DNA of 64,000 bases from contig OY820579.1 in assembly GCA_963681965.1 (NCBI GenBank), positions 3,040,001-3,104,000 of the forward strand, in the 5' to 3' direction. Positions 1 through 10,131 of this stretch are shown piece after piece. Position 1 is the first letter of the stretch. Every line of letters starts with the position of its first letter. Both the position numbers and the translations under genes were made by a program. The stretch is from a bacterium. GTDB taxonomy: Bacteria; Electryoneota; JAOADG01. The notes under the pieces were generated by a model. The model saw only the letters and a list, made by a program, of their open reading frames with translations. It made no database searches and was not told the DNA's origin.

Positions 1-280
1 AATATAATACGTCGGTAACCGAACTAATAATAGGTCGGTAACCGAACAATTCGGAGATCGAACACTAAATAAGCCGAATAAATGTATTATCTCAGTGCGG
101 ATTTATCTTTTTACGAATCAATGAATAACGGCTTTGTGTTTGATCAGATTTGACTAAATATCAGAAATATTCAGTTATTCAAATACAGCGGTTCAGCGGA
201 GTAATCACGTATCCTTAAGAGATATCACATTAGTGATAGATATTTTAAAAAAGTTTACTCGGAGAGGACGGGTTGACAAC

Positions 281-303
281 AAAAAAGGCGGGTAATCCCG
301 CCT
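281..303 (-). terminator. Intrinsic terminator after pgk
   Basis: AGGCGGG-N4-CCCGCCT stem followed by a T-tract on the minus strand, just past the pgk stop. Confidence 0.75.
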
Positions 304-326
304 CTTTTCGGATACGTAATAACAGA

Positions 327-1517
327 TTATGCGTCGTCCAATGCTACAACTCCAGGTAGTTGTCGCCCTTCCATCAGTTCAAGTGAAGCGCCACCACCGG
401 TTGAAACATGGCTGAAGCCTTCCGCCAACCCCATTTCCTGAACTGCTGCAGCGCTATCGCCACCGCCAATTACTGAAATTGCACCATCTTTGGTTCGTTC
501 GACGATTGCTTCCGCTATTGCCCGGGTACCGTTGGCAAACGACGGCATTTCAAAGACACCTAATGGTCCATTCCAAAATATCGTTTGAGCGTCTTGAATG
601 ATTTTTGTGTATTCATCGATCGTAAGCGGACCGATGTCGACGCCCATCCACTTCCCATCGAATTCGTCAGTCTTCATAATTCGCGAAGGTGCTTCATTCT
701 TGAATTCTTCTATACTGATGTGATCGGATGGTAAATGAAGTTGTGTGATAGAATCGGAACACTTCGCAAGAATAGAATTTGCCAACTCAATTTTATCCTC
801 TTCTACCAAGGATTTACCCGTCGGTCGACCTTGTGCCCGATAAAAAGTAAATGCCATACCGCCACCGATTAGCAACGCATCGAACTTACCAATCAAGTTT
901 GTTATGACATCGATTTTACCGGATACTTTCGCTCCCCCAAGGATACCGATCAGCGGTCGTTTCGGGTTTTGTAATAATCCCACTAAATAATGGAGTTCAC
1001 TTTCCATCAGGAAGCCACCGACGCTCGGATGGAGAATATGGGTTACGCCTTCAGTAGAGGCGTGCGCACGATGCGCTGAACCGAAGGCATCATTCACATA
1101 CATTTCCCCCGCCTTCGCTAATTCTTGAGCAAATGCCGGATCGTTCTTTTCTTCTTCTGGATAAAACCGGACATTCTCTAGTAACAGTACTTCACCATTT
1201 TTTAATGCCATCGCCTTCGATAGGACTTCGCCGCCAATGCAATCATTGATAAACTGGACCGGTTGCCCGAGTAACTCAGTAAGTCGATCGGCAATCGGTT
1301 TTAGCGATGATTTTGGATCCGGTCCCTTCGGACGTCCGAGATGGGACATTAAAATCACTCTTGCACCGTGTTCAATTAAATATTTGATCGTCGGGAGCGA
1401 TTCGACAATTCTGCGATCGTCGGTGATATGTCCGTCACTCATCGGTACGTTGAAATCGCAGCGCACCAATACCCGTTTGCCAGATGGGTTAATATCCTTA
1501 ACAGTTTTCTTTTTCAT
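327..1517 (-). CDS. pgk: Phosphoglycerate kinase
   Basis: Motifs [50 protein letters not shown]; start moved to MKKKTV. Confidence 0.98.
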   Translation of the reverse strand: MKKKTVKDINPSGKRVLVRCDFNVPMSDGHITDDRRIVESLPTIKYLIEHGARVILMSHLGRPKGPDPKSSLKPIADRLTELLGQPVQFINDCIGGEVLSKAMALKNGEVLLLENVRFYPEEEKNDPAFAQELAKAGEMYVNDAFGSAHRAHASTEGVTHILHPSVGGFLMESELHYLVGLLQNPKRPLIGILGGAKVSGKIDVITNLIGKFDALLIGGGMAFTFYRAQGRPTGKSLVEEDKIELANSILAKCSDSITQLHLPSDHISIEEFKNEAPSRIMKTDEFDGKWMGVDIGPLTIDEYTKIIQDAQTIFWNGPLGVFEMPSFANGTRAIAEAIVERTKDGAISVIGGGDSAAAVQEMGLAEGFSHVSTGGGASLELMEGRQLPGVVALDDA

Positions 1518-1644
1518 AAGTTCCTCACATTGTTCCATAATTCGAAATTCGATATAAAAAAACACAAACGGCGAACGTTACCGCCCGCCGTTTATGATCG
1601 AAGAAAAATCTTATAGATGTTTTAGATTCGGGCGATCGCTTACG

Positions 1645-2640
1645 TTACTTCAACAGCATCATCAGGTCGACCACGCGGTTCGAATAACCCCATTCGTTGT
1701 CGTACCAGGATAATACTTTCACGAATCGTTTGTCCATTACTTGCGTGGATAAGCCATCGAAGACTGAAGAATGCTTGTTTCCCACCACATCGGCTGATAC
1801 GATTGGATCGTCGGTATATTCCAGAACACCTTTCATCGGACCTTCGGCAGCCGCTTTCATTGCAGCGTTGATCTCTTCAGCAGTGACGTCCTTGGCAACT
1901 TCGCAAACTAAATCGACTAGTGAACCATCCGGAGTCGGAACGCGAATTGCGATACCGTCGAGTTTCCCTTTCAAATCGGGAATCACTTTTCCGACAGCGC
2001 GTGCGGCACCAGTAGTAGTAGGTATCATGCTGAGTGCTGCTGCACGAGCGCGGCGAAGATCCTTATGGGGTAAATCGAGAACATTCTGATCGTTCGTATA
2101 CGAGTGAATTGTCGTCATCCACCCCTTAACAATACCGAAATTCTCGTGTAGAACTTTTGCAACCGGGGCGAGGCAATTCGTCGTACAGCTCGCATTCGAC
2201 ACAACTTTATGTTCTGGTTTTAACATGTCCTCATTGACGCCCATAACAATCATGGCATCGATCGGATCCTTCGCCGGGACAGTTAACAGAACCTTCTTTG
2301 CACCTGCAGTGATGTGCTTCTGCAGGTCTTCCATTTTGATAAATTTACCAGTCGATTCGATAACTACATCGACTTTGAGCGCCGACCACGGCAGTTGCGC
2401 CGGATCTTTGATTGCCGAAACCGGGTAGTGTTTGTCGCCAATGACAATATCGGTTCCCGAGACGGTCACTGTTTCGGGGAACTTACCATGTACACTGTCA
2501 TATTTCAATAAATGCGCCAATGTCGAAGCATCGGTGATATCGTTGATGGCTACGAATTCGACATCGGAACGGCGATATGCTGCCTTGAATACGAGCCGAC
2601 CGATTCGACCAAATCCATTAATGGCAACACGCAAAGGCAT
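1645..2640 (-). CDS. gap: Type I glyceraldehyde-3-phosphate dehydrogenase
   Basis: INGFGRIGR, ASCTTNCL, WYDNEWGYS; GGAGG RBS before ATG at 2640. Confidence 0.98.
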   Translation of the reverse strand: MPLRVAINGFGRIGRLVFKAAYRRSDVEFVAINDITDASTLAHLLKYDSVHGKFPETVTVSGTDIVIGDKHYPVSAIKDPAQLPWSALKVDVVIESTGKFIKMEDLQKHITAGAKKVLLTVPAKDPIDAMIVMGVNEDMLKPEHKVVSNASCTTNCLAPVAKVLHENFGIVKGWMTTIHSYTNDQNVLDLPHKDLRRARAAALSMIPTTTGAARAVGKVIPDLKGKLDGIAIRVPTPDGSLVDLVCEVAKDVTAEEINAAMKAAAEGPMKGVLEYTDDPIVSADVVGNKHSSVFDGLSTQVMDKRFVKVLSWYDNEWGYSNRVVDLMMLLK

Positions 2641-2908
2641 GTATTCCTCCAAAATTAACGATTATATGGGTGAACGGTGCGCGAATGCGATATCGAAGCG
2701 GCTATATCTATAGCACCTGAAACTTATAGAGGAGTATACTAAAAATAAGTAGTAAATAAAAGATCACAGCGACTTGATATCAATTATTCGCATTTTTGAT
2801 TTTGAAATCGATCATTATATTTCTCGATCAAACCATCATTACTATGTATTCAATCGGAACAATATGATTTATACTCCAATTGAAATCAAATGGTTCCGAT
2901 CCATCTCG

Positions 2909-2943
2909 AAAAAAAAACCGGGAAGCAGTTCTACTTCCCGGTT
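2909..2943 (-). terminator. Intrinsic terminator after pfkA
   Basis: AACCGGGAAG...CTTCCCGGTT stem plus long T-tract on the minus strand. Confidence 0.75.
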
Positions 2944-2962
2944 AAATCGATTAAAGCTGAGA

Positions 2963-4003
2963 TTAAAAGAATAAACTTGCGATCTCGTAAAACATTGGAT
3001 CGACGACTTTATTCTCCAAAACTGCTTCAGCTAATGGAACCAGTATAATGTCTTCCGAACGTAATGCGACCATCATTCCCCGCTCCCCATTGGCAACCGC
3101 ATCAACTGCCGCAATCCCAAATCGAGTAGACAAGATTCGATCGTAAGCAATTGGTATCCCACCGCGTTGAATATGACCTAAGTTGGTATAGCGTGTTTCA
3201 ACACCAGTCTTCGCCTCGATCTGATCGGCAACCCATTGACCGACCCCGCCCAATCGGACGTGTCCGAATGCATCGGTTTTATCCGACATCAGGAAGTTCT
3301 TCGGTTCCGCTTTCGGTACCGCCCCTTCAGCTACGACCACGATTGAAAACGGACGTCGCTGATGACGTTTCTTCAATTTTTCGCAAACCTCATTGATGTC
3401 GAACGGCATCTCGGGGATCAAGATCTCATCGGCACCGCCAGCGATACCTGACATAGTGGCAATCCAGCCGGCATGGCGACCCATCACTTCCACAACCATA
3501 ATTCGGTGATGCGATTCGGCAGTGGTCTGAAGTTTATCAATCGCCTCAGTCACAGTTTCTACCGCAGTATTGAATCCGAATGTATAATCGGTCCCCTTGA
3601 TGTCGTTATCGATTGTCTTGGGAACGCCGATCACTTGAAATCCCCGCTCGTGCATCCATAACGCCACACCGAGCGTATCATCGCCGCCAATCGGGATCAA
3701 TGCATCGATTTCAAATTTCTTCAAATGATACAAGATTCGGTCGAGATCTTCCGGTTTCTTGCGAGGATTCGTTCGTGAAGTGCCTAAAATCGTACCACCG
3801 CGACGAAGAATTCCTCCGACTGACAGCGAAGTCATCGGTTCGATCCAGCCTTCGATCAAACCTTTCCAACCATCGCGAAAACCAAACACTTCAAAGTCAT
3901 GTGTTTGAACCGATCGCCGCACAACCGCTCGAATCACGGCATTCAAACCTGGACAATCGCCACCGCCGGTAAGAATTCCGATTTTTTTCTTGCCTTCGCC
4001 CAT
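2963..4003 (-). CDS. pfkA: 6-phosphofructokinase (group III; PPi-type signature residues)
   Basis: TGGGDCPGLN, GGDDT, PKTIDND, EVMGRHAG, LGHIQRGG; AGGAG RBS before 4003. Confidence 0.93.
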   Translation of the reverse strand: MGEGKKKIGILTGGGDCPGLNAVIRAVVRRSVQTHDFEVFGFRDGWKGLIEGWIEPMTSLSVGGILRRGGTILGTSRTNPRKKPEDLDRILYHLKKFEIDALIPIGGDDTLGVALWMHERGFQVIGVPKTIDNDIKGTDYTFGFNTAVETVTEAIDKLQTTAESHHRIMVVEVMGRHAGWIATMSGIAGGADEILIPEMPFDINEVCEKLKKRHQRRPFSIVVVAEGAVPKAEPKNFLMSDKTDAFGHVRLGGVGQWVADQIEAKTGVETRYTNLGHIQRGGIPIAYDRILSTRFGIAAVDAVANGERGMMVALRSEDIILVPLAEAVLENKVVDPMFYEIASLFF

Positions 4004-4122
4004 GATACTCCCTATTGAAATGTTATTCAAGAATATAGTAAGTGATTAGTTCATTTGCCATGAAGGATAATTCGTTTCGACGACTACCAATCAACCGATG
4101 AAAAGAATCGAAATGAAATCAC

Positions 4123-5421
4123 TCACGTTTTCGGTTTTTTCAAAAATTGCTCGCGTTCACTCGCAGTTCGATCGAAAATTGTACGAAACATCGCTTCAAT
4201 TTCCGGTACGAATTCGCGATTGCGTCGTGACATTGCGATCTTCGCAGTTTCAATCGCCTTTGTTAAACCATGTTCGCGCAACCACTCGGCACCACCCCAC
4301 GAGAACGACGGAACATAGGTTTGCGGAAAGCCAGCGCCGAACAAGTTACATGCAATTCCGGTCACAGTACCGGTATTTAATTGCAGTCCGATCGACGTCT
4401 TAGTATGATCGCCAAGCAGGCATCCAATATGCACTTCTCCGGTTTCGATTCGTTCACCTGCAATCGTGATCGTGATCGGTCCATAGGTATTTTTTAGATC
4501 GGAGTTATTCGTTCCGGCACCAATATTCACCCAACTGCCGATTACACCCGTTCCAAGATATCCATCGTGTTGTTTATTGGAATATCCCATCCACAACGTC
4601 TTCTGTATTTCTCCACCAAGTTTACAGACCGGACCAATACTCGACGGTCCGTAAAGCTTGATACCAGCCCGTAGGGTGCAATTCGAGCCGATCGCGAGCG
4701 GTCCTTTCAAAAATGCATGCCCTTCGATAATTGTTCCTTCGTCAATCCAAATGGGTCCATCCGATGCATCGATTACAATTTGTTTACCAATTTTCACTGA
4801 GGGATGAATAAAAATCTGATCGGGATTTTCTAACCATACCCCGGGTAAATCGCGCTGAATCAAAGGATGCGTGGTACTATTCGATAATCTACGCGCTATG
4901 TCAAGCGCAATTTCAGTTTCCTGACGCACCAAAACATCGAATGGCGTTTGCACCAATTCGAGTTCATTCTCGACTGAAATGACCGGGATACCCAGTTCCA
5001 TCCAATCATCGGTGATCCAACCTTCATTGGTTAACATCGCAAGTAATTTTTCCTGAGCATCGTGTTTCAGTGAAGCTGCCACGACAGTCTGGTCGCCACT
5101 TTCGGACATCACCGCAATCCACTCTTTATCAACCGGAAGCTTTTCTAGTAACGTTGCATCCCAGAGTCTACCATTAATGAACAACGCGATGTCGGTAATT
5201 GCTTCATTTACAACACTACCGGGATGGTAAAGTCGCTGCCACTCCACGAGATGCGGACGTACCCAACGATGCAATTTCCCGGAAAAGTGCGACAGCGCAC
5301 TCTCGCGGAGGATACCGCATCCCGACCTGATTGCCCATACCGGTCGCAAGAGAGCTACTCCCCCTAACCGCCGAACTTTTTCATCTTCCCAAAGAATGAT
5401 GTTGCGGAATTGATTATTCAT
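4123..5421 (-). CDS. GlmU-like sugar nucleotidyltransferase/acyltransferase (N-terminal NTP_transf_4-like domain plus hexapeptide repeats)
   Basis: LRPVWAIRSG and FINGR N-terminus; SNKQHDGYLG, WVNIGAGTNNSDLKN, GDHTKT left-handed beta-helix. Confidence 0.85.
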   Translation of the reverse strand: MNNQFRNIILWEDEKVRRLGGVALLRPVWAIRSGCGILRESALSHFSGKLHRWVRPHLVEWQRLYHPGSVVNEAITDIALFINGRLWDATLLEKLPVDKEWIAVMSESGDQTVVAASLKHDAQEKLLAMLTNEGWITDDWMELGIPVISVENELELVQTPFDVLVRQETEIALDIARRLSNSTTHPLIQRDLPGVWLENPDQIFIHPSVKIGKQIVIDASDGPIWIDEGTIIEGHAFLKGPLAIGSNCTLRAGIKLYGPSSIGPVCKLGGEIQKTLWMGYSNKQHDGYLGTGVIGSWVNIGAGTNNSDLKNTYGPITITIAGERIETGEVHIGCLLGDHTKTSIGLQLNTGTVTGIACNLFGAGFPQTYVPSFSWGGAEWLREHGLTKAIETAKIAMSRRNREFVPEIEAMFRTIFDRTASEREQFLKKPKT

Positions 5422-5627
5422 AGGTTATATTCCTTCTGTCCCGATCTAAACTCATTTTGTAGACCTGTAAGTGAAAATATACAACATTCTCTCAAGTCAA
5501 ACTTAAGAAAAAATGAGTTTTCCATCTCTAACTACTTGCAAATTTGATAAACGTGCGGTTATACTGTAGTTAACTTGATCTTGGGTGCTCCGGTCTTGTG
5601 AAGAAACGTTCATGAAAGGATGCTCCG

Positions 5628-5942
5628 ATGCAAACATTCATTAAAAAAGATGTAGTCGAGCGAACCGCCAGCAAAGCGAATGTCGATGTCAAAGAAGTCG
5701 CAAAAGTAGTGGAATCGGTTTTTACCGTATTGCGCGAAATTATGATGAATGCCGATCCCGGTGTTCGCATCGAAATTCGTGATTTTGGTGTATTTGAAGT
5801 GAAACAAACGGCGGCAAAACCGAAAGCGCGAAATCCGAAGAAACCGGATCAGGTGATCTATATTCCACCTCGGCGCAAGACGCACTTCAAGCCCGGAAAA
5901 TTGCTGAAGAATGCGTTAAAAGAACCGTTTGCTGTCGCTTAG
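5628..5942 (+). CDS. HU/IHF family DNA-binding protein
   Basis: RIEIRDFGVFEV, ARNPK, FKPGK. Confidence 0.93.
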   Translation: MQTFIKKDVVERTASKANVDVKEVAKVVESVFTVLREIMMNADPGVRIEIRDFGVFEVKQTAAKPKARNPKKPDQVIYIPPRRKTHFKPGKLLKNALKEPFAVA

Positions 5943-6584
5943 TCCGCTCCTCTACTTACCAATTTAGTTTTTTGCGAATCGAAACCGGCTTGAGATATTC
6001 AAGCCGGCTATCGTTTTCGATTCTCGATAGCTCCACAACCATTCGATAACTGATACTTAGTTGAAATCAGCACAGGTTAATTTTATCTATCTACATTTCT
6101 ATTTTCGCTATTATTTAATTCGATCTACTTTTATCCATATCGGTACTAATTATCAATTAATTAGAGGCAATCGGAAATCCTCAATATGCTTGCCGTAAAA
6201 TGCGCGTTTGACTCTGAACAACGGATATACCCTTTAAATATTCATTTAAGGTAATCGCAAAAGTTATCAAGAATATGAAAAAGAAGTGAGAAAATAAAAA
6301 CGGATTTCGAGAAAACAGTCGAAATCAAGAAAGCAGCTCAAAAACGGGGATTCTATCCTGTAGGAATCTGATTTTCTATTTATCGCAGTCTTAGGAATTT
6401 TTTTTCGAGTATTACTTACGATTCAACGCGACATCCGAAAACTTGTAGAGCTGGTTGTGAAAAGTTGAATTGACATCTGGCGTTTTTTTTAATTCGAAGC
6501 AAAAAGCCATTGGATCTCTTGGTCAGATGACTTTTCTACTTTCTATAAATTTAGCGTTTTCTTGCTTAGCTTTTTAACTGAGAT

Positions 6585-6612
6585 AAAAAAAACAGGAGCA
6601 ATCGCTCCTGTT
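6585..6612 (-). terminator. Terminator-like hairpin after the partial tRNA-Lys copy
   Basis: AACAGGAGC-N4-GCTCCTGTT stem plus T-tract on the minus strand. Confidence 0.65.
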
Positions 6613-6622
6613 ATTTTGTATC

Positions 6623-6667
6623 TGTGAGCCACCAGGGACTCGAACCCCGAACCGACAGATTAAGAGT
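6623..6667 (-). repeat. Duplicated 3' half of tRNA-Lys (att-like repeat or tRNA pseudogene)
   Basis: 44/45 nt identical to 6756..6800; begins at the anticodon loop. Confidence 0.9.
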
Positions 6668-6720
6668 TTTCTTGCACAACTCATAATTGAGCTTTGATCT
6701 CAATTGATCTATCTAAAACG

Positions 6721-6750
6721 AAAACAGCCACCTATCCGATGGCTGTTTCT
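6721..6750 (-). terminator. Hairpin/terminator after tRNA-Lys
   Basis: AAACAGCCA...TGGCTGTTT inverted repeat directly 3' of the tRNA. Confidence 0.6.
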
Positions 6751-6757
6751 GTTTGTG

Positions 6758-6830
6758 TGAGCCGCCAGGGACTCGAACCCCGAACCGACAGATTAAGAGT
6801 CTGCTGCTCTACCAATTGAGCTAGCGGCCC
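6758..6830 (-). tRNA. tRNA-Lys(CTT)
   Basis: GGGCCGCTAGCTCAATTGGTAGAGCAGCAGACTCTTAATCTGTCGGTTCGGGGTTCGAGTCCCTGGCGGCTCA cloverleaf; CCA not encoded. Confidence 0.96.
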
Positions 6831-6892
6831 ATTCCTAACGTGTGCACAAATTAACGGTATTGAATCCGAAAGTCAAGTCTCGTCATTTTCCG

Positions 6893-8188
6893 TTATTTTA
6901 CCAATCGCAAAGCAATTGTCTGCTTAAACTGCCTATTGTCGGTAATCTGCGCGAAATAATTTCCCGACGCTACACCAGTAGCATTCCATTCAAGACTTTG
7001 TTGTCCGGCACTGAACAATCGGTCGGCAATCGTCGCAATCTCTCGTCCCTGTTCGTTTACGATCGAGATATGAAGGGCAATCGGTTTCGCCAAATCGAAT
7101 CGGATCAGTGTAGTAGCATTAAACGGATTCGGATATGCGCGTAAATTGGAAATCTCCGGAAGCGGTGCAGTACGCGGTTCCGGCGCAGCATTCGATCCGA
7201 CAAACACAAAATCGGCATAAATCGGTAAATGATCTGCCCCATAATAAAGCGCTAGCGCTACACTGTCCGGGACAACCCCGTTCGGTAAACTTATGAGTGC
7301 GCCATTGAAGCGATTTCCATCGTTTCCAACTGTACGATGACTACCGACGATAAAATGCGATCCTGTTTCGGATTGTAAAGATACTGAAGGTAGCAGAAAA
7401 TCGAATCGATCGTCCAATCCACCACCCACACCGCCATCGCTTAGCGAGGATATCCGCGAGGACTGAGTGTGAATATATCGGTAAGCTTCGCCATCGTGCC
7501 AGACACCAGATGCCACCGGATCGAATGCGCGACCGTTGTTATTCGTCAAGCTTCCAGTCAATTCGGTGTAGGCAGGTTCGGTATTCGTGTAGAAATTCAT
7601 GTCGCCGCAGTAAATAAATCTCGCACCAGACGGCAAAGAATTTGCGTAATTGCGAGCAATCGTGGCTTCTGCCAATCGGTTCGATTCATACCCTTGCGAT
7701 GCTTTCAAATGCATTCCGAAAATATAGAAATCGCCGGTGGAATCGGAATGGATCGGTCGCATCCGAAACACATAAATGAGGCGTAGCGATGTCTCCAAAG
7801 TTGTCTGATTGATCAAACGTACTTTCGACGAACGATAAAACAAACCAATTTGCGTATCATTTCCATCGATATAAGTTGAAGTCAGCCAGTCGGAATCGCC
7901 CCACACATTCAATGCTTGATCGCGAAACAATGGCAATCCACTTGCGTCATTGAGTTCACCGCTGACGAGAATATCCGGGTGAGTGTAATGAATCGTCGTT
8001 CGAAAATATGGGATGCGGGCTGCACCAGCTTGATTCGAACCCGGAAAATTTAACAGATTGTATGCCATAATCCGCAGAGTATCACGGGTCTGAGCCGACA
8101 CTACGGACGCAAATAAACTGACAATGATGACAGCAGTTAAGACCACTGAAGAACGAGTACTACGCAATAAAGAATATTTCAAATACAT
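6893..8188 (-). CDS. Secreted endonuclease/exonuclease/phosphatase-family protein with T9SS-type C-terminal domain
   Basis: Signal peptide; YNLLN, HLKA, GDMN, DRFDF, DHLP motifs; AYPNPFN...SGNYF tail; start uncertain. Confidence 0.85.
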   Translation of the reverse strand: MYLKYSLLRSTRSSVVLTAVIIVSLFASVVSAQTRDTLRIMAYNLLNFPGSNQAGAARIPYFRTTIHYTHPDILVSGELNDASGLPLFRDQALNVWGDSDWLTSTYIDGNDTQIGLFYRSSKVRLINQTTLETSLRLIYVFRMRPIHSDSTGDFYIFGMHLKASQGYESNRLAEATIARNYANSLPSGARFIYCGDMNFYTNTEPAYTELTGSLTNNNGRAFDPVASGVWHDGEAYRYIHTQSSRISSLSDGGVGGGLDDRFDFLLPSVSLQSETGSHFIVGSHRTVGNDGNRFNGALISLPNGVVPDSVALALYYGADHLPIYADFVFVGSNAAPEPRTAPLPEISNLRAYPNPFNATTLIRFDLAKPIALHISIVNEQGREIATIADRLFSAGQQSLEWNATGVASGNYFAQITDNRQFKQTIALRLVK

Positions 8189-8495
8189 TGAAAAACCCAT
8201 CAAGGTGTCAAGACAACGAAGTCGCAGACTGTGTCTGCGACGTGAACAAATCATGGATTAAAGATGATGTTGGGTCCGAAGAAACATAGGTACTATTCAA
8301 GAACCCACTCGGGAAACGAAACAAGTTAAGATGTGATCTAGACTTGCGTTTCTTCTAATAATTGTAATATACTACGAAAAATTCCTGAAAACACTTAATA
8401 CAATTCGAATCTGCCTTAGCTTCTGAACTTCCGATCCATTCGAAAAAAGCGGGTCATTCAACCCGCTTCTTGAAAAATTGTACCGATATCGGTTA

Positions 8496-9233
8496 TTAAT
8501 CGTCTTCTTCCCAAGGTTTCTTCGTTGTCACCGGTGCAGGAGCAGCTTCTTCTTCGGCTAACCAATCCGGTTTATCCGGTTTCGCAGCTTCCTTCTCCTC
8601 TTCGGGAACCACTTTCTGATCGGTCAGTGCTTTATCGGCATTCACCATCTCTTCCACTTCAAGGGGAACTAGGTTCGGATCGTCAAAATGCCATGGTTTG
8701 GCTTCTTCGCCAATATCTTGTCCCAAGCGGCGATAAATCTTCGAACCATCGTCTTCCACTTCCCAAGGCTTAAAGTTGGTCTCTTCAACCTGACCCTCGT
8801 CTGCCAATCGCAGTACCATACCAGAACTTTTTTTCTTCTGGAACGGGTCAGCTATTGGTTTTTCGGTTGAAGCAGGTTTAACAATCTTCTTACAAATGGG
8901 ACAGGGTACATCATGGCTGGCAGGAACTGTCGGGTGTTTAGAGTTGTCGAGATAACCATTTCCACGATATTTATGATAATCGCGACAATTCCGCTCGAAC
9001 GCTTGTCGAGCAGTTTCAGCCAATTGGAATGTAAATCGGGTATACTTTTTCTTCTGCGATTGACGTCGAAGTTCCGCTTTTAGATCATCGTCGGAACGAC
9101 CGATATAACGGACACTTAGCTGTCCCCATACATCGTTGTGACCTAAACGGAATGTACCCGGACCCGATCGAGTGACATTCGACTCAATGATATCGTTTTC
9201 CAAGTCGAATGGTCCGAGTTGCTCGGAAGACAT
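8496..9233 (-). CDS. Hypothetical protein: GIY-YIG-like N-terminal domain, CPIC motif, acidic C-terminal tail
   Basis: GGAGG RBS; GTF...YIGRSD...AFERNC..YH...LDN..HP...CPIC; repeated KPW+acidic motif. Confidence 0.6.
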   Translation of the reverse strand: MSSEQLGPFDLENDIIESNVTRSGPGTFRLGHNDVWGQLSVRYIGRSDDDLKAELRRQSQKKKYTRFTFQLAETARQAFERNCRDYHKYRGNGYLDNSKHPTVPASHDVPCPICKKIVKPASTEKPIADPFQKKKSSGMVLRLADEGQVEETNFKPWEVEDDGSKIYRRLGQDIGEEAKPWHFDDPNLVPLEVEEMVNADKALTDQKVVPEEEKEAAKPDKPDWLAEEEAAPAPVTTKKPWEEDD

Positions 9234-9519
9234 AGCTCCCTCCTTTCAGCCTTATAATTTGCAACAAAATTTCTCGGAATTCCACAGGCGCAAGGAGTTT
9301 ACTTCATCAGCTTACTCATCGTAGAACAATTCAAAGACTGCTGCATTGAAAAATACGGAATAACATCCCCGAAACAAATGTACTGTACTTTGCCTAACCG
9401 AGGTTTTAAATTGAATTGATAATCTCTTATTAATTAGTTAATAATAAATTTTACGGAAGCTAGTTGCTCGAATTCATTCTCTAATTCATCTTGTAGCATT
9501 CATTCTTGAGGAATCATCC

Positions 9520-10095
9520 ATGTCTGAAACCGATCTTATCCAAGAAATCGACCGACTTGAAAATGAGTTGAAAACGTCAAAACAACGATTGGCTGAGTTG
9601 CGGCTACAACTACCAATTCAACCGGTTACGAATTATACATTTACCGATCCGGAGCGCCGCAAAGTCACACTCTCGGAATTGTTTGGTGATCGGAACGAGT
9701 TGTTAATTGTTCACAATATGGGTAAATCGTGCCCATATTGCACGCTTTGGGCAGACGGCTTGAATGGTGTATACTTTCATATCGAGAGTAAAGTGCCGTT
9801 TGTGGTCTCAACACCGGATTCGCCTGATACGATTCGCGAATTTGCCGCATCCCGAAATTGGAAGTTCAAATTGGTCTCGACTCAGGGAACCAGCTTTAAG
9901 CAAGACTTGGGATTTGAGGTTGACGCAAGTTATTTACCGGGAGTGACGTCTTTTAAGAAAGACCCCGACGGTAAAATTTATCGCGTTACACAAACGCTGT
10001 TCGGTCCGGGTGACGATTTCTGTGCGGTCTGGCCGTTATTTGATCTGCTCCCTTCGGGAAACGAAGAGTGGCACCCTCGTTTCAAATATTTATAA
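9520..10095 (+). CDS. DUF899-family thioredoxin-like protein
   Basis: TLSELFG, HNMG.SCPYCTLWADG, FGPGDDFC..WPLFDLL. Confidence 0.85.
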   Translation: MSETDLIQEIDRLENELKTSKQRLAELRLQLPIQPVTNYTFTDPERRKVTLSELFGDRNELLIVHNMGKSCPYCTLWADGLNGVYFHIESKVPFVVSTPDSPDTIREFAASRNWKFKLVSTQGTSFKQDLGFEVDASYLPGVTSFKKDPDGKIYRVTQTLFGPGDDFCAVWPLFDLLPSGNEEWHPRFKYL

Positions 10096-10131
10096 CCAAC
10101 TTGAACAAGCGCTATCGATTTGGAAGAGTGA

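Noticed and set aside
4-63. Possible CRISPR array end
   Set aside because: A 23-bp period leaves no room for spacers; no cas genes in the window.
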